Part shown: positions 7,980 to 16,932 of the stretch, in pieces
How positions within the stretch are numbered: position 1 is the stretch's first letter
How the letters are laid out: each line of letters opens with the position of its first letter
DNA from: a virus
Virus record (IMG/VR): IMGVR_UViG_3300035670_000022
Span: 1-64,000 of that record
DNA: 64,000 nt
Direction: 5' to 3' (one strand)
Program-made: the position numbers and the translations under genes
The notes under the pieces: generated by a model
The model's database searches: none
The model's input: only the letters and a program-made list of their open reading frames with translations
Told to the model about the DNA's origin: nothing

Positions 7980-8738
7980 TTATACAGCTTTTTGTAGCAT
8001 CTGCTTTAGGTCTTCGGCAGTTACATACTTGCTGTTGACGCTGTGACCAATCTCGACTTGGTCGGCTTGAATATCTAAAATGTGTTTTTCTTCGAGCAGG
8101 CTCAATATATCGTCTATGTTTTCTTTTACCTGTGTAGGGCTATAGCTTCCACAATTATCAATAAAATAGGCGCATAGATCATCTACCGTATAGACAGGAT
8201 AATACTGATTCTCTTTAAGCAGCCCTGGTAGCACATTCAGTTGAAAGAACTGTGCCATCTCGGTAAGATTGACGCTAAGTTTATTGTTTAGGTCATTATT
8301 TAGGTACTGTTCTGAGAAGCGTAAGAAGCACCCTTCCGGTTCTTCTAGAATGTTCAACTCTACCAACTCTTGTCTTAGACAATAGCCGATCCAGTTCTTT
8401 TCTTTTTCAGTAAGTATCGTGTCTTTTTCAATTTCGTCTACGACTTGTTGTCTTTTGAACTGATTGCTGCCTACTTTAGCCCTAACTTGGGGCATCACTT
8501 GGTTAATCAAGTAAGTAATAATTTCGGTGCGCCCCATAGGCTCAAACCCTAACACAGACCCTATACCTACAGGGCGGGGGTCTACTTCAGCAGCAGGAAC
8601 CAAAGACAGCTTGGGGGAGTCGTCTGTTGCCTGCATGCTTTGAATAATTCTGGTTGCTTCTTGCACTAAGGACATGTCTCTTAGCTTGGCAGCTTCTTCT
8701 AGTGCTTCCCAGAGTTTGTCCTTGATTAAATTTGACAT
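7980..8738 (-). CDS. Hypothetical protein
   Basis: 252 aa ORF. Confidence 0.75.
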   Translation of the reverse strand: MSNLIKDKLWEALEEAAKLRDMSLVQEATRIIQSMQATDDSPKLSLVPAAEVDPRPVGIGSVLGFEPMGRTEIITYLINQVMPQVRAKVGSNQFKRQQVVDEIEKDTILTEKEKNWIGYCLRQELVELNILEEPEGCFLRFSEQYLNNDLNNKLSVNLTEMAQFFQLNVLPGLLKENQYYPVYTVDDLCAYFIDNCGSYSPTQVKENIDDILSLLEEKHILDIQADQVEIGHSVNSKYVTAEDLKQMLQKAV

Positions 8739-8775
8739 CGCTTTATCGACCCCTAACTGTGTATATTTGCGTGTG

Positions 8776-8797
8776 AAAGGGGAGCCATGCCCCCTTT
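8776..8797 (-). terminator. Putative terminator hairpin
   Basis: AAAGGGG...CCCCTTT inverted repeat after gene 8805-9200. Confidence 0.45.
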
Positions 8798-8804
8798 ATG
8801 AGTG

Positions 8805-9200
8805 TTAGTTTACAAACGGGTTTGCTTCTTCGTATGAGGTTCCTTTTGGAATTGTAGGTAGTTGAACGACTTCAGGGCAATTACTCATAACATAGCTCTT
8901 ACCTGTCTGGATATAGGTCTTTCGAGCCGCCCGTCGACTAGGATCTTTGAGCAGGATTTTGCCGACAGTTGTAGCCTGACCGACATTGTTAATCAAATAG
9001 TTCCAAGAGGCTTCTTCAAATACCTCTTCTTTTGTCGCTGCTCCGTTTTCATGGGCTGTACAAATAGAAGCCCCTAGGTTTTCAGCAGAGTTTATGACAA
9101 TGTTCTGAGCATCAGGTTCCGCTTTGACTAAGAAGGCAGTAGCACTCAGACCAATAACAGCAGCAGTAGCAGCGGAAGTGTATACGAGAAATTTCTTCAT
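8805..9200 (-). CDS. Secreted or periplasmic protein
   Basis: MKKFLVYTSAATAAVIGLSATAFLVKA signal peptide; two Cys. Confidence 0.75.
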   Translation of the reverse strand: MKKFLVYTSAATAAVIGLSATAFLVKAEPDAQNIVINSAENLGASICTAHENGAATKEEVFEEASWNYLINNVGQATTVGKILLKDPSRRAARKTYIQTGKSYVMSNCPEVVQLPTIPKGTSYEEANPFVN

Positions 9201-9247
9201 AGATTTGTAATCAAGGAGAAGTGTTTTTTGACTTTTTGTTTGTCTTT

Positions 9248-9261
9248 TACTCTTCTCTGTT
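9248..9261 (-). promoter_or_regulatory. Conserved motif A
   Basis: Exact 14-mer about 48 bp upstream of ATG 9200. Confidence 0.65.
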
Positions 9262-9294
9262 TTTGCTTGACGTATTTCTTGCCGTTAAGTTCCC

Positions 9295-10422
9295 TTAGAT
9301 TATCGGGGGAACGTAGTCACGGGTAACGCCTGCATATTCAGAGAGAATAGTCTGGGGGGAGTTGCCACAGTATTTAGCAATATCAGTTAGACTCTCTCCA
9401 GATCGCATCAATAGAGTAATGCAACAATGTCTCATTTGATAGGGATTGCGATACCGGATATCCGGCAACTCCGCGAGGACGTTCTTCCAGGCGTTGGAGT
9501 TAAAGCTATCCCAGTTGAGTCTTGCTCCCCTAGAGCTATAAAAGACATAGGGGCGGGAGCCGGTCAACCGACGTTGTTCTTCTAGCGCTTCTTTAACCTT
9601 TTGGTTAATTAGGATATGTCGGCTTGCTTGAGTCTTGAGCCGTTTTGTATCTTTTCGTTGAACATACGAGTTACGAAAAGTGATGGAATCCTCACTAACG
9701 TCAGACCACTTTAGTCCTGCTGCCTCCGACGGTCGACAACCGACAAAGAACAAGAACGTGACTAAAGGAGCATATTTGCTGTAAGTCTTGCTATTCTTGA
9801 ATGCCTCTATTATTCTATCCCTCTCCTCTTTAGTAAACGGATCGGGCTCTTCATGCTCTTGGGTACGTCTAACATTTCTGCTGACCTCTGTGCTGATCTG
9901 CTTAAAGACGTTGGTCTCTATTAAGTTAGACCCTACAGCCCATTCGCAGCATTCGCTAAGGCGCATTAATATCTTTCGCGCTTGTTTAGGAGGCTTGTGT
10001 TCAAGCAGCCAGTCTCTTATCTCTAAAGCTGAATCTAACGAGGTAGATGGCAATAAAGGAAGCACGTTACCGACTCTACGCTTATAGTCAAGCTCTAGAC
10101 TGACTTTAGCCAAACCCAGTCTTGACTTATACTCAAAGAATTTTTTCCAGAGATCTATTAATGTCGGATTGGGTTTCTCTTTTTTGTTATTCTTAGCAGT
10201 GTTTTTCTTGTTGCTTTTGGGTTTGTATCTTTCTAGGGTATGATCAAAGTCTCCTTTTTCTAAGTCAAGATCGATCTGGCGTATCACGAACTCCGCGTGA
10301 CGCATGTGGGCACGATCACCATATTTACCGTTTTTTACAGGGGAAAACACATAGCGTTTTCCGTCGACTTGAATGCGGATGCGAATGCCGCCACTGTTAT
10401 TCTCCAGTTTAGGGAGAGACAT
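9295..10422 (-). CDS. Tyrosine recombinase/integrase with N-terminal arm-binding domain
   Basis: GCRPSEA (R), LKT (K), YQMRH, KYCGNS and EYA (Y); adjacent to a tRNA fragment. Confidence 0.95.
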   Translation of the reverse strand: MSLPKLENNSGGIRIRIQVDGKRYVFSPVKNGKYGDRAHMRHAEFVIRQIDLDLEKGDFDHTLERYKPKSNKKNTAKNNKKEKPNPTLIDLWKKFFEYKSRLGLAKVSLELDYKRRVGNVLPLLPSTSLDSALEIRDWLLEHKPPKQARKILMRLSECCEWAVGSNLIETNVFKQISTEVSRNVRRTQEHEEPDPFTKEERDRIIEAFKNSKTYSKYAPLVTFLFFVGCRPSEAAGLKWSDVSEDSITFRNSYVQRKDTKRLKTQASRHILINQKVKEALEEQRRLTGSRPYVFYSSRGARLNWDSFNSNAWKNVLAELPDIRYRNPYQMRHCCITLLMRSGESLTDIAKYCGNSPQTILSEYAGVTRDYVPPII

Positions 10423-10761
10423 GGTCTGAAACTGGTCTAGAATTTTTCCGATCTTAGACCGTTAACGTTAAAGATGCAACCCTATTTTTTAATTTTTTAT
10501 TAAGCTGGACTCCTTTGCTAGTAGGCGTTTGACACACTTTAATAAGTGAGGGCGAACGATGGGATTCGAACCCACGAGTGGAGGAACCACAATCCTCTGA
10601 TGTAATTCTTTTCCTACCTAGACTAGAGGCCTATCTCAATAATCTACAAAAATCGAGCTTTATCAGTTGCTGTGTTTAGAGTGCCAGATAAGCTGCAAAT
10701 GATGTAGGTGACTTTTTAAATTTGTGCACGCTTTTTTAAGATGGTCTAAAAATGGTCTAAA
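10422..10761. mobile_element. attP region: tRNA-His core flanked by arm-type TGGTCT repeats
   Basis: TGGTCT pairs with 11-bp period at 10422/10433 and 10742/10753, on both sides of the tRNA fragment. Confidence 0.7.
10550..10599 (-). other. 3' half of tRNA-His(GTG), att core (not a full tRNA)
   Basis: Minus strand CAGAGGATTGTGGTTCCTCCACTCGTGGGTTCGAATCCCATCGTTCGCCC has the anticodon arm, T-arm and 3' acceptor strand; no D-arm or 5' acceptor strand upstream. Confidence 0.85.
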
Positions 10762-10782
10762 TTTTAGGTGTACACATATAAG

Positions 10783-12342
10783 CTAATTGGATTTATCTTG
10801 GGCAAAAGGCTGCCCAGTGTTGCTGCATTGAACAGCCCGTTCTAACTCCAAGGCTAAGTAAGCTAAATGCACGGCTTTTATGGTGGGATGCATAAGAGCT
10901 ATTTCTCGACATATTTGTAGAGGGTTACAGAAATTAAGTGGATAAAATTTCTGATCGAGGTAACTACCTTTTGGGCAAGTGTGAGTAACTTCTATGCCGT
11001 TTTCTTTTAAAGATATGACAAAGTTACCAACGTCATCATGTAAGACGTGTTTAAATTGATACTGCTCGTTGATTGTTTTTTTAGCTTTCTCTAAACTCCA
11101 CTCATAAATATGAGCCGCTTGAGAAATGCAGACTAGGTCACCACAAGAGAGGTAAATATTTTTATTGAGTGTTCTTATCTGTTGACATACTGTTTCTTGT
11201 ACATAACGAAGCGCTGTCAGATTACTGCAGTAGGCTGTGTATATGTCGTGGCTGCGAAAGGTAGCTGTCAATATTAATTTGCCTTTAAAGATCTTTAGGT
11301 TAATTTGGGTTAGACAGGGAGGCTGCGCTGACCCAGCGTCGTTCTGCGGAATCCATAGAGAGACGACTGCTCGGTTGCTATCAGGGTCTTCAATCAAGGT
11401 TCGAACAGCACTTTCTACTTGATTTATCGGATTAAATATTCTTTCGCCATAGGTATACTCAACATCTTTATCTTCTTTGGGGTGCAGCATATCGTAACAA
11501 TACTCTAAGATACTCTCTCGACTAGTCACAAGCCAATCAGGAGTGTATAGCTCTTCAGGCTCTGCCTTAATAACAGAAATAAGATTTAGCAACTCCCGCC
11601 GCTTGCCGACGTTTTGTCCTGTGTAGTATACGGCGTGCATCGCCTTAACCCACGTATGGGCTATTGTTTCTGCCTCTACTCTGACTCCGTTGTCCTGTCC
11701 TGTAAATACCTGAGGGCTAGACTTTTTAATCAAATAAACCTTCGGGGCTTGCTCTTTTGGTTTAGACTCTTCTTGTGGATTAGCTTCGATATGCTCGTAA
11801 AAACTTTTTAGGTCAGTCCAGTAATGAAAGCTGCTGCATAAACTTTGAAGGTCTTGTTCGGTAAAGATGCCATCTACCTCTCCTATTACTTGTTTAGAGG
11901 AGAGGATATCCCACCGCTGTTCATACTCACTCACTTTACTATATACATAATATCCCCTCAATAGCTGTTTCAGCGCCTCACTGCCTTTAGCTAGCCGATC
12001 CTGTTTAGTGCAATTCAGAATATGAATTGGGTACAAGACTGGATTGGCAACTAGGTTAGCTACCAGAGGGCTTAATCCACAGAACGGGTTGTAGAGACTA
12101 CCAATGCAACCGTAGTCTATATTGCTAGACTCTAGCTTTGTTTGCACTCTTTCTTTAGGTGTCCAGCCTGTAACAATGATGGTGTTGCCTTTGCCTAAAA
12201 GCAGATCTTCTTTGCGGTATAGCGGTTGGTAAGACATTAGAGGTGAATAATATGAACACTTGGGGGAAAGGTCGGGATGTTCTCTGCCTTGTCCGACGTT
12301 TGGACAGCCTGTAACATCGTAGGAGTTACCCACAGTAAACAC
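10783..12342 (-). CDS. thyA: Thymidylate synthase-family fusion protein (MtrA-like N-terminus, DUF4346-like C-terminus)
   Basis: YTYGER, SNRAVVSLW, PPCL and FRSHD...N motifs; C-terminal HLAYLALELERA; likely start at ATG 12237. Confidence 0.8.
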   Translation of the reverse strand: MFTVGNSYDVTGCPNVGQGREHPDLSPKCSYYSPLMSYQPLYRKEDLLLGKGNTIIVTGWTPKERVQTKLESSNIDYGCIGSLYNPFCGLSPLVANLVANPVLYPIHILNCTKQDRLAKGSEALKQLLRGYYVYSKVSEYEQRWDILSSKQVIGEVDGIFTEQDLQSLCSSFHYWTDLKSFYEHIEANPQEESKPKEQAPKVYLIKKSSPQVFTGQDNGVRVEAETIAHTWVKAMHAVYYTGQNVGKRRELLNLISVIKAEPEELYTPDWLVTSRESILEYCYDMLHPKEDKDVEYTYGERIFNPINQVESAVRTLIEDPDSNRAVVSLWIPQNDAGSAQPPCLTQINLKIFKGKLILTATFRSHDIYTAYCSNLTALRYVQETVCQQIRTLNKNIYLSCGDLVCISQAAHIYEWSLEKAKKTINEQYQFKHVLHDDVGNFVISLKENGIEVTHTCPKGSYLDQKFYPLNFCNPLQICREIALMHPTIKAVHLAYLALELERAVQCSNTGQPFAQDKSN

Positions 12343-12372
12343 TGAAACAGAGCAGACCAGATTAAGATGTCT

Positions 12373-12900
12373 CTAATATTCTTTTTCATTAAAAGCTCCT
12401 TCGGCTATATTGCCTTGTTTGTTAATTACTAGTTTCGTAACCAAATAGTCATCGTAGGCAGCAACTAATCTGCCTTGTAGGTCTAAATACTTATCCATAC
12501 ACATTATTGTCCAGAGGGCATCTGGGGGAGTTTTTGGTAGTCGTCTTACGGTTTTGTACATTGCTTCTTCTATGGAGTCTTTCTGATGTAGGTAAGCGGC
12601 GACGCAAAAGCAAAAACTCAATATCTTTTCTGTTCTGTCTTCCACCAGTAGTAATTCGTGCTCTGGTTTTGTACAGGACAGCACGTTAAAGAAAGTCTCA
12701 ATATCTAGGAGTGTCGCTTGCTGTCCTTCTTCTCCTGGAAAAGAGTTATCTAATGACAGCACTAGTCCAAAGGGGCGGGCTTTACTATTGCGGATGAAGT
12801 TATCTATGGCTTCTTGATCAATGCTCAAGAACACGTAGCACTTTAATGAAGTAGGAATCTCTTCTCTTAAGGAAACACTGTCAAGAAAATTTATTTGCAT
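12373..12900 (-). CDS. Protein-tyrosine-phosphatase-fold protein, catalytic loop degenerate
   Basis: Layout resembles phage PTP-like proteins, but LLVEDRTEKILS replaces HCxxGxSRS. Confidence 0.4.
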   Translation of the reverse strand: MQINFLDSVSLREEIPTSLKCYVFLSIDQEAIDNFIRNSKARPFGLVLSLDNSFPGEEGQQATLLDIETFFNVLSCTKPEHELLLVEDRTEKILSFCFCVAAYLHQKDSIEEAMYKTVRRLPKTPPDALWTIMCMDKYLDLQGRLVAAYDDYLVTKLVINKQGNIAEGAFNEKEY

Positions 12901-12910
12901 CTATCTATAG

Positions 12911-12934
12911 AGAGGGAGTATCACTCCCTCTTTT
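12911..12934. terminator. Hairpin/terminator after nrdB
   Basis: AGAGGGAGT-ATC-ACTCCCTCT-TTT. Confidence 0.55.
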
Positions 12935-12944
12935 GAGTATTGTT

Positions 12945-13694
12945 CTAGCTGTAGGCTGGTAGGTCTACTGCAGATATTTCAAAGAAAGCGGGCATACGGC
13001 TGCGTCGAGTCGGGTTTAACTCTTCTGACACACCGTTGTAAATTAGATTGTCTGATTGACGTATCCAAAAGTCTTTATCACCCCAGCGGTTATCCGGGAT
13101 GTTAAAGTCCTGAACGACCCAGCTAACAGTTGCTCGGCGTAACTTATCAACATGTTGGGTCAACTCAATACCAAGTTCTTCACAGAAGCGAGAGTTACAG
13201 GCGACATGAGTCTGTTCATCCCGGGAAATGTCAGCAGAACATGTGCGCATACCTACGTTACCTAAGAAACGGAACATCGGTAGGATCACAAAAAAAATAC
13301 CCCTCTCTAGCACCATTGCTTTAAGAATAGGGTGTTCTGTGGCTTCTTCCCAAGTTTTAACGATTTTCTTAGCTTCTTCAGTATAGTCCGGTAAGTACCC
13401 TTTGACAGAGTCTGCAACGTAGCTTAACGCTAAGTCATGTCGTTCTTCATCTACTATGTTGGATTCTAAGAGCTCCCTAGATCCGTCTGGGATGTCTTTA
13501 CGGCAGGCATCCTTAATGAACTCTCCAACCGGGATCTCCAGTAGTCGCAGAGAAAGAGCTCGAGCAAGAGCGTCTTCAGCACCTTCTACAACTAACCCAT
13601 TAGAGGGTTTTACTGGTGTCCACGATCTTTTTCTTTGGAGAAGTCTAGTATAGTATTCTTGTGACATCTTACTTAATTGATAACTAGAGAACAT
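12945..13694 (-). CDS. nrdB: Ribonucleotide reductase small (ferritin-like) subunit, cyanophage type
   Basis: DEERHD and DISRDEQTH di-metal motifs, LERGIFFVILPMFRF; directly follows nrdA. Confidence 0.85.
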   Translation of the reverse strand: MFSSYQLSKMSQEYYTRLLQRKRSWTPVKPSNGLVVEGAEDALARALSLRLLEIPVGEFIKDACRKDIPDGSRELLESNIVDEERHDLALSYVADSVKGYLPDYTEEAKKIVKTWEEATEHPILKAMVLERGIFFVILPMFRFLGNVGMRTCSADISRDEQTHVACNSRFCEELGIELTQHVDKLRRATVSWVVQDFNIPDNRWGDKDFWIRQSDNLIYNGVSEELNPTRRSRMPAFFEISAVDLPAYS

Positions 13695-13722
13695 AATGGG
13701 CAGGCTAGCCTGCCCATTTTAT

Positions 13723-16143
13723 TTACTCGGCACAAGCGGAGCAGAACCCCTTGGTTTCGGAAGGAGATTCGTCTTCGGCGGTCGAGCCTAAACCCAGAAT
13801 AGAGAAGTCTTCGTCAATAAAAACGGAACTTTTATCTTGAGTTGCTGGCATTACCTGCAGACTGTAATAAAGACTCAATAGGGGAGAGTCTAACCAGCGC
13901 TCGATGAAGGCTTTATCCATCTGCACCATGTCACTCCACCAATTCATTGAAATGCTGTGAGCGAGTCCGGTGGTATTCATAAGACGTTGCCAAGCAGCAT
14001 TTAACCGGAATTGAATATCCCAACCTACCTCCGACGCGATTTCAACTTTAGGGTTGTAGTCATAGGATTGGACGCCAAAGGTGTCGCTGTCCCGGTCAAC
14101 TTGGCGATCGACAGGGGGAGCAATCTCAGGAGTAGTGGTATATCCCTCTATGTCCTGGTAGTTATAGGAGCATGAAGCAGTGGGAGCAATGGTAAATGCA
14201 CGCTGCATTTTGTATTGTCGGGCGACTTCAGCAGATTGCTTGAAGCCAGTGAACAGCATGTTAACGATAGTTTTAGCTGTGCTAGTCTCCTCTTGCAGTT
14301 CTCCTTCAGACTCCCATATGTCAAGACTGTCTTCTAGAGTTTCAACAAATTCTTTATAGGTGACCCCCGCAATGGCTAAGTGGTTGGCTAAGCCAAGAAC
14401 ACCGAGACCGACTTGTCGATCCTTTGAACTTGGGAGGTAGATACCGCTGTCGTCAGTACCGGTTTGGGCATGTAACTCACAGAGAAACTTCATACCTTCG
14501 GTGAAAGCAGTAGGGATCTCCGACGGGGAACATTCTCCCATGTTGATATGACTAAGCAGGCAGGTGCCCCGGGATTCTAAGAGAATCTCCAAGCAGTTAT
14601 GTACCCGCAGTCCATTACCATCGAACTCGTTAACTTTTGGTATGGTGCAGTCATAAACTTCTTGAACACCAGCAGACTCAATAGAGCTGACTTGAGCCTC
14701 TACATAGCGAGGGGTTTGTTTGTTGTCGCCTTTAGGTTTATAGGAGTCAGTTAACTTTTCCAATAAATACGCTTTGTTCTCCAAGCAGAATCCAATCTTG
14801 TTCTTGAAGACAAGTAGGTCTTCTCGCCCAGAGATTTCTAGCTGCGTGGTGCTCTTTCCTGCTTGAGATAAACGACAGCGGATGCCGAGGCGGGTTAACA
14901 TCTGCATGACCACTCGGGTAATGCTATAAGTTTCCCGAAAACAAATGCGTTTAGTCGCCCGTCCAATACGGTAGGCGGCGGGTAGGGTACAGCACTCTGA
15001 AAAGATGGCTTGAACAAATCCTTTATAGAACTGTGACGATGTGAAGAGCAGTTCTGTGGGAGCCTCCTTTTTGCCTGGCTCTAACCCATAGCTACTGGCA
15101 AGTTCTGTGAGTTTCGTGCTTAAGAAGAAGTTGAAGCCTTCTTTAACATCAAGTCCCAATTCCTTAGCGTATTCAACAGCCATAGGCATGGCGCTTTTTT
15201 TATTACCAGGAAAAGCAAGTCGTGTGATCTGCGGGGTAAATTGAATCCCTAAACAACACATCCAGCCTAATAACCAGCCTTCTTTGAAAGACCCTTTACC
15301 TTCCCAGTCTTTAGCATTTTGGTGACTTACGTGGAGAATGGTGTCTTTAGGGTAGAGATTCTTAATCGGCTTCCATCCTTCTGGAGTCAGCAGCTGGTGG
15401 TCTGGAGTAGCACAGAGACTATAACCTTGAGTCGTATTAAGAGTGACGGTCTCTTTGACGCCGCTCAACCACATTCCTTCTTCTGTAGACGGGTATTCTT
15501 TCCCCTCTACGATGGCTACAAATGCAGTACCTACTAAGTCTTTTGCGTATTTAGGTCCTTTATTGGTGTGCACCACAGTGTCCCCTGCTACGCAGACGTT
15601 GTGGTATAGCCGTGAACCAGACTCGCTGTGAGTCTTTTTCACTAACCATAGATCCCCTCGACGACAAGCAGCTAAAGCCGCTTCTAAATGTTTCCAGTTT
15701 AGGAAGTCATTGTCTACGTTCAGACATCGTTTAACCCAGGGTAGTTGTGCCCGATCTGCAGAGATGAACTCTAAGGCATCTGGGTGGTCGTAGTCGAGGT
15801 GGATTGTGATGGCTCCGTTTTTAAACGTGCCTCCTCGGCGCAGTACTTCATTGATCTTTGAGTAGATCGTAGAGAAAGACACCGGACCACTAGACACTAC
15901 ACCGCTCTTACTTTCTGTTCCTTTAGGACGCAACTTAGAGAGGTGGATAGCAACTCCTGCTGCGTTTCGTAGCGCTTTTGAAGCAAACAGCCAGGAGTCT
16001 TCTATCGCACTCACACCTTCCATGGAGTCCTCTACGGACAACACAGTGCAAGAGACGGGTAAGCGATTGTTTTTATCTTGTAGCCAGCTTTTAATACGCC
16101 CCGTCAGTGCTAGGTACTTTGGGACTTCAAGATTTGCAGACAT
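13723..16143 (-). CDS. nrdA: Ribonucleotide reductase large subunit (cyanophage short type) containing an intein
   Basis: PVSC, LRRGG, NV|CLE active site, TIAPTASCS and C-terminal CSAC. Confidence 0.9.
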   Translation of the reverse strand: MSANLEVPKYLALTGRIKSWLQDKNNRLPVSCTVLSVEDSMEGVSAIEDSWLFASKALRNAAGVAIHLSKLRPKGTESKSGVVSSGPVSFSTIYSKINEVLRRGGTFKNGAITIHLDYDHPDALEFISADRAQLPWVKRCLNVDNDFLNWKHLEAALAACRRGDLWLVKKTHSESGSRLYHNVCVAGDTVVHTNKGPKYAKDLVGTAFVAIVEGKEYPSTEEGMWLSGVKETVTLNTTQGYSLCATPDHQLLTPEGWKPIKNLYPKDTILHVSHQNAKDWEGKGSFKEGWLLGWMCCLGIQFTPQITRLAFPGNKKSAMPMAVEYAKELGLDVKEGFNFFLSTKLTELASSYGLEPGKKEAPTELLFTSSQFYKGFVQAIFSECCTLPAAYRIGRATKRICFRETYSITRVVMQMLTRLGIRCRLSQAGKSTTQLEISGREDLLVFKNKIGFCLENKAYLLEKLTDSYKPKGDNKQTPRYVEAQVSSIESAGVQEVYDCTIPKVNEFDGNGLRVHNCLEILLESRGTCLLSHINMGECSPSEIPTAFTEGMKFLCELHAQTGTDDSGIYLPSSKDRQVGLGVLGLANHLAIAGVTYKEFVETLEDSLDIWESEGELQEETSTAKTIVNMLFTGFKQSAEVARQYKMQRAFTIAPTASCSYNYQDIEGYTTTPEIAPPVDRQVDRDSDTFGVQSYDYNPKVEIASEVGWDIQFRLNAAWQRLMNTTGLAHSISMNWWSDMVQMDKAFIERWLDSPLLSLYYSLQVMPATQDKSSVFIDEDFSILGLGSTAEDESPSETKGFCSACAE
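14596..15594 (-). mobile_element. 333-aa intein with LAGLIDADG-type endonuclease domain
   Basis: Starts CVAGDT, has ATPDHQLLT and VYDC, ends RVHN followed by Cys+1; internal WLLGW and FYKGFVQAIFSE blocks. Confidence 0.9.
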
Positions 16144-16173
16144 TAATGTCTCCTCTAAATTATGTATGTAGGT

Positions 16174-16923
16174 CTAGATAGCGTTTAGAACTTTACGTTC
16201 TGTCGGTCTTTCCGAAGGGATGGTATCGAAGAAACCAGAGAGACCTAGTCGTTGAAACTCAGCGACAATTTTGCTCCGTGCTTCTTTGTCACAGTATTCA
16301 AGCAAGATCTGCTCAATTAAGGCTGCGATCTGATTATATTTCTGAGCACTTTGATACTCTTTAAGTTGCTTGTTAGCCAAGGCTAATAGCTGACGGTACT
16401 CACTTAGGTTCTTGTTGTTAATGTCTCCGTCGAGTTCGAAGCGGGCGATCGTGCGCAGCAGCATTCCATGAAGGTTCTCCATGTTCTCCTGGATATCATA
16501 GACACTTGTTTTGGCTATGCGTGTCTTCTCTACAGGTTTAGCTTTGTCGTAGGCATCTAGGAAAGTCTTCACCGTCGGAGCGGAGATTCCGAACCGTTCA
16601 GAAATTTCTTTGATGGTGAACTTACCTTCCTCCCGCATGCTGATTATCTGAGAAGCGACCCCCATTCTTTGAATCTTGCTGGGTAGTTTCTTCGACAGAC
16701 TAGCAGAGGCTCCTAGGATGCTGGGATCAAACCCTTCATCGTCTAGCGCCTCCCGCAGCGTTTTGATTCTGGATAGGTAAAGAGTAGCTTCTATTTGATA
16801 CTCTGCTGGGAGGCAGTTGGTATACGCTGTAAAGTCTACTATTAAACTCTCGATAATTTCAATAAAGGAGAGTGCGTTAAGAGCGCTCTCTCGCGCTCTG
16901 TAGTCTTCGTTTTGATTGAGCAT
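16174..16923 (-). CDS. HTH-containing DNA-binding protein
   Basis: FTIKEISERFGISAPTVKTFL helix-turn-helix. Confidence 0.65.
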   Translation of the reverse strand: MLNQNEDYRARESALNALSFIEIIESLIVDFTAYTNCLPAEYQIEATLYLSRIKTLREALDDEGFDPSILGASASLSKKLPSKIQRMGVASQIISMREEGKFTIKEISERFGISAPTVKTFLDAYDKAKPVEKTRIAKTSVYDIQENMENLHGMLLRTIARFELDGDINNKNLSEYRQLLALANKQLKEYQSAQKYNQIAALIEQILLEYCDKEARSKIVAEFQRLGLSGFFDTIPSERPTERKVLNAI

Positions 16924-16932
16924 TTTAGATTA

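Noticed and set aside
10550-10630. Full-length phage tRNA-His gene
   Set aside because: Only the anticodon arm to the 3' end is present; upstream sequence cannot form the D-arm or 5' acceptor strand.
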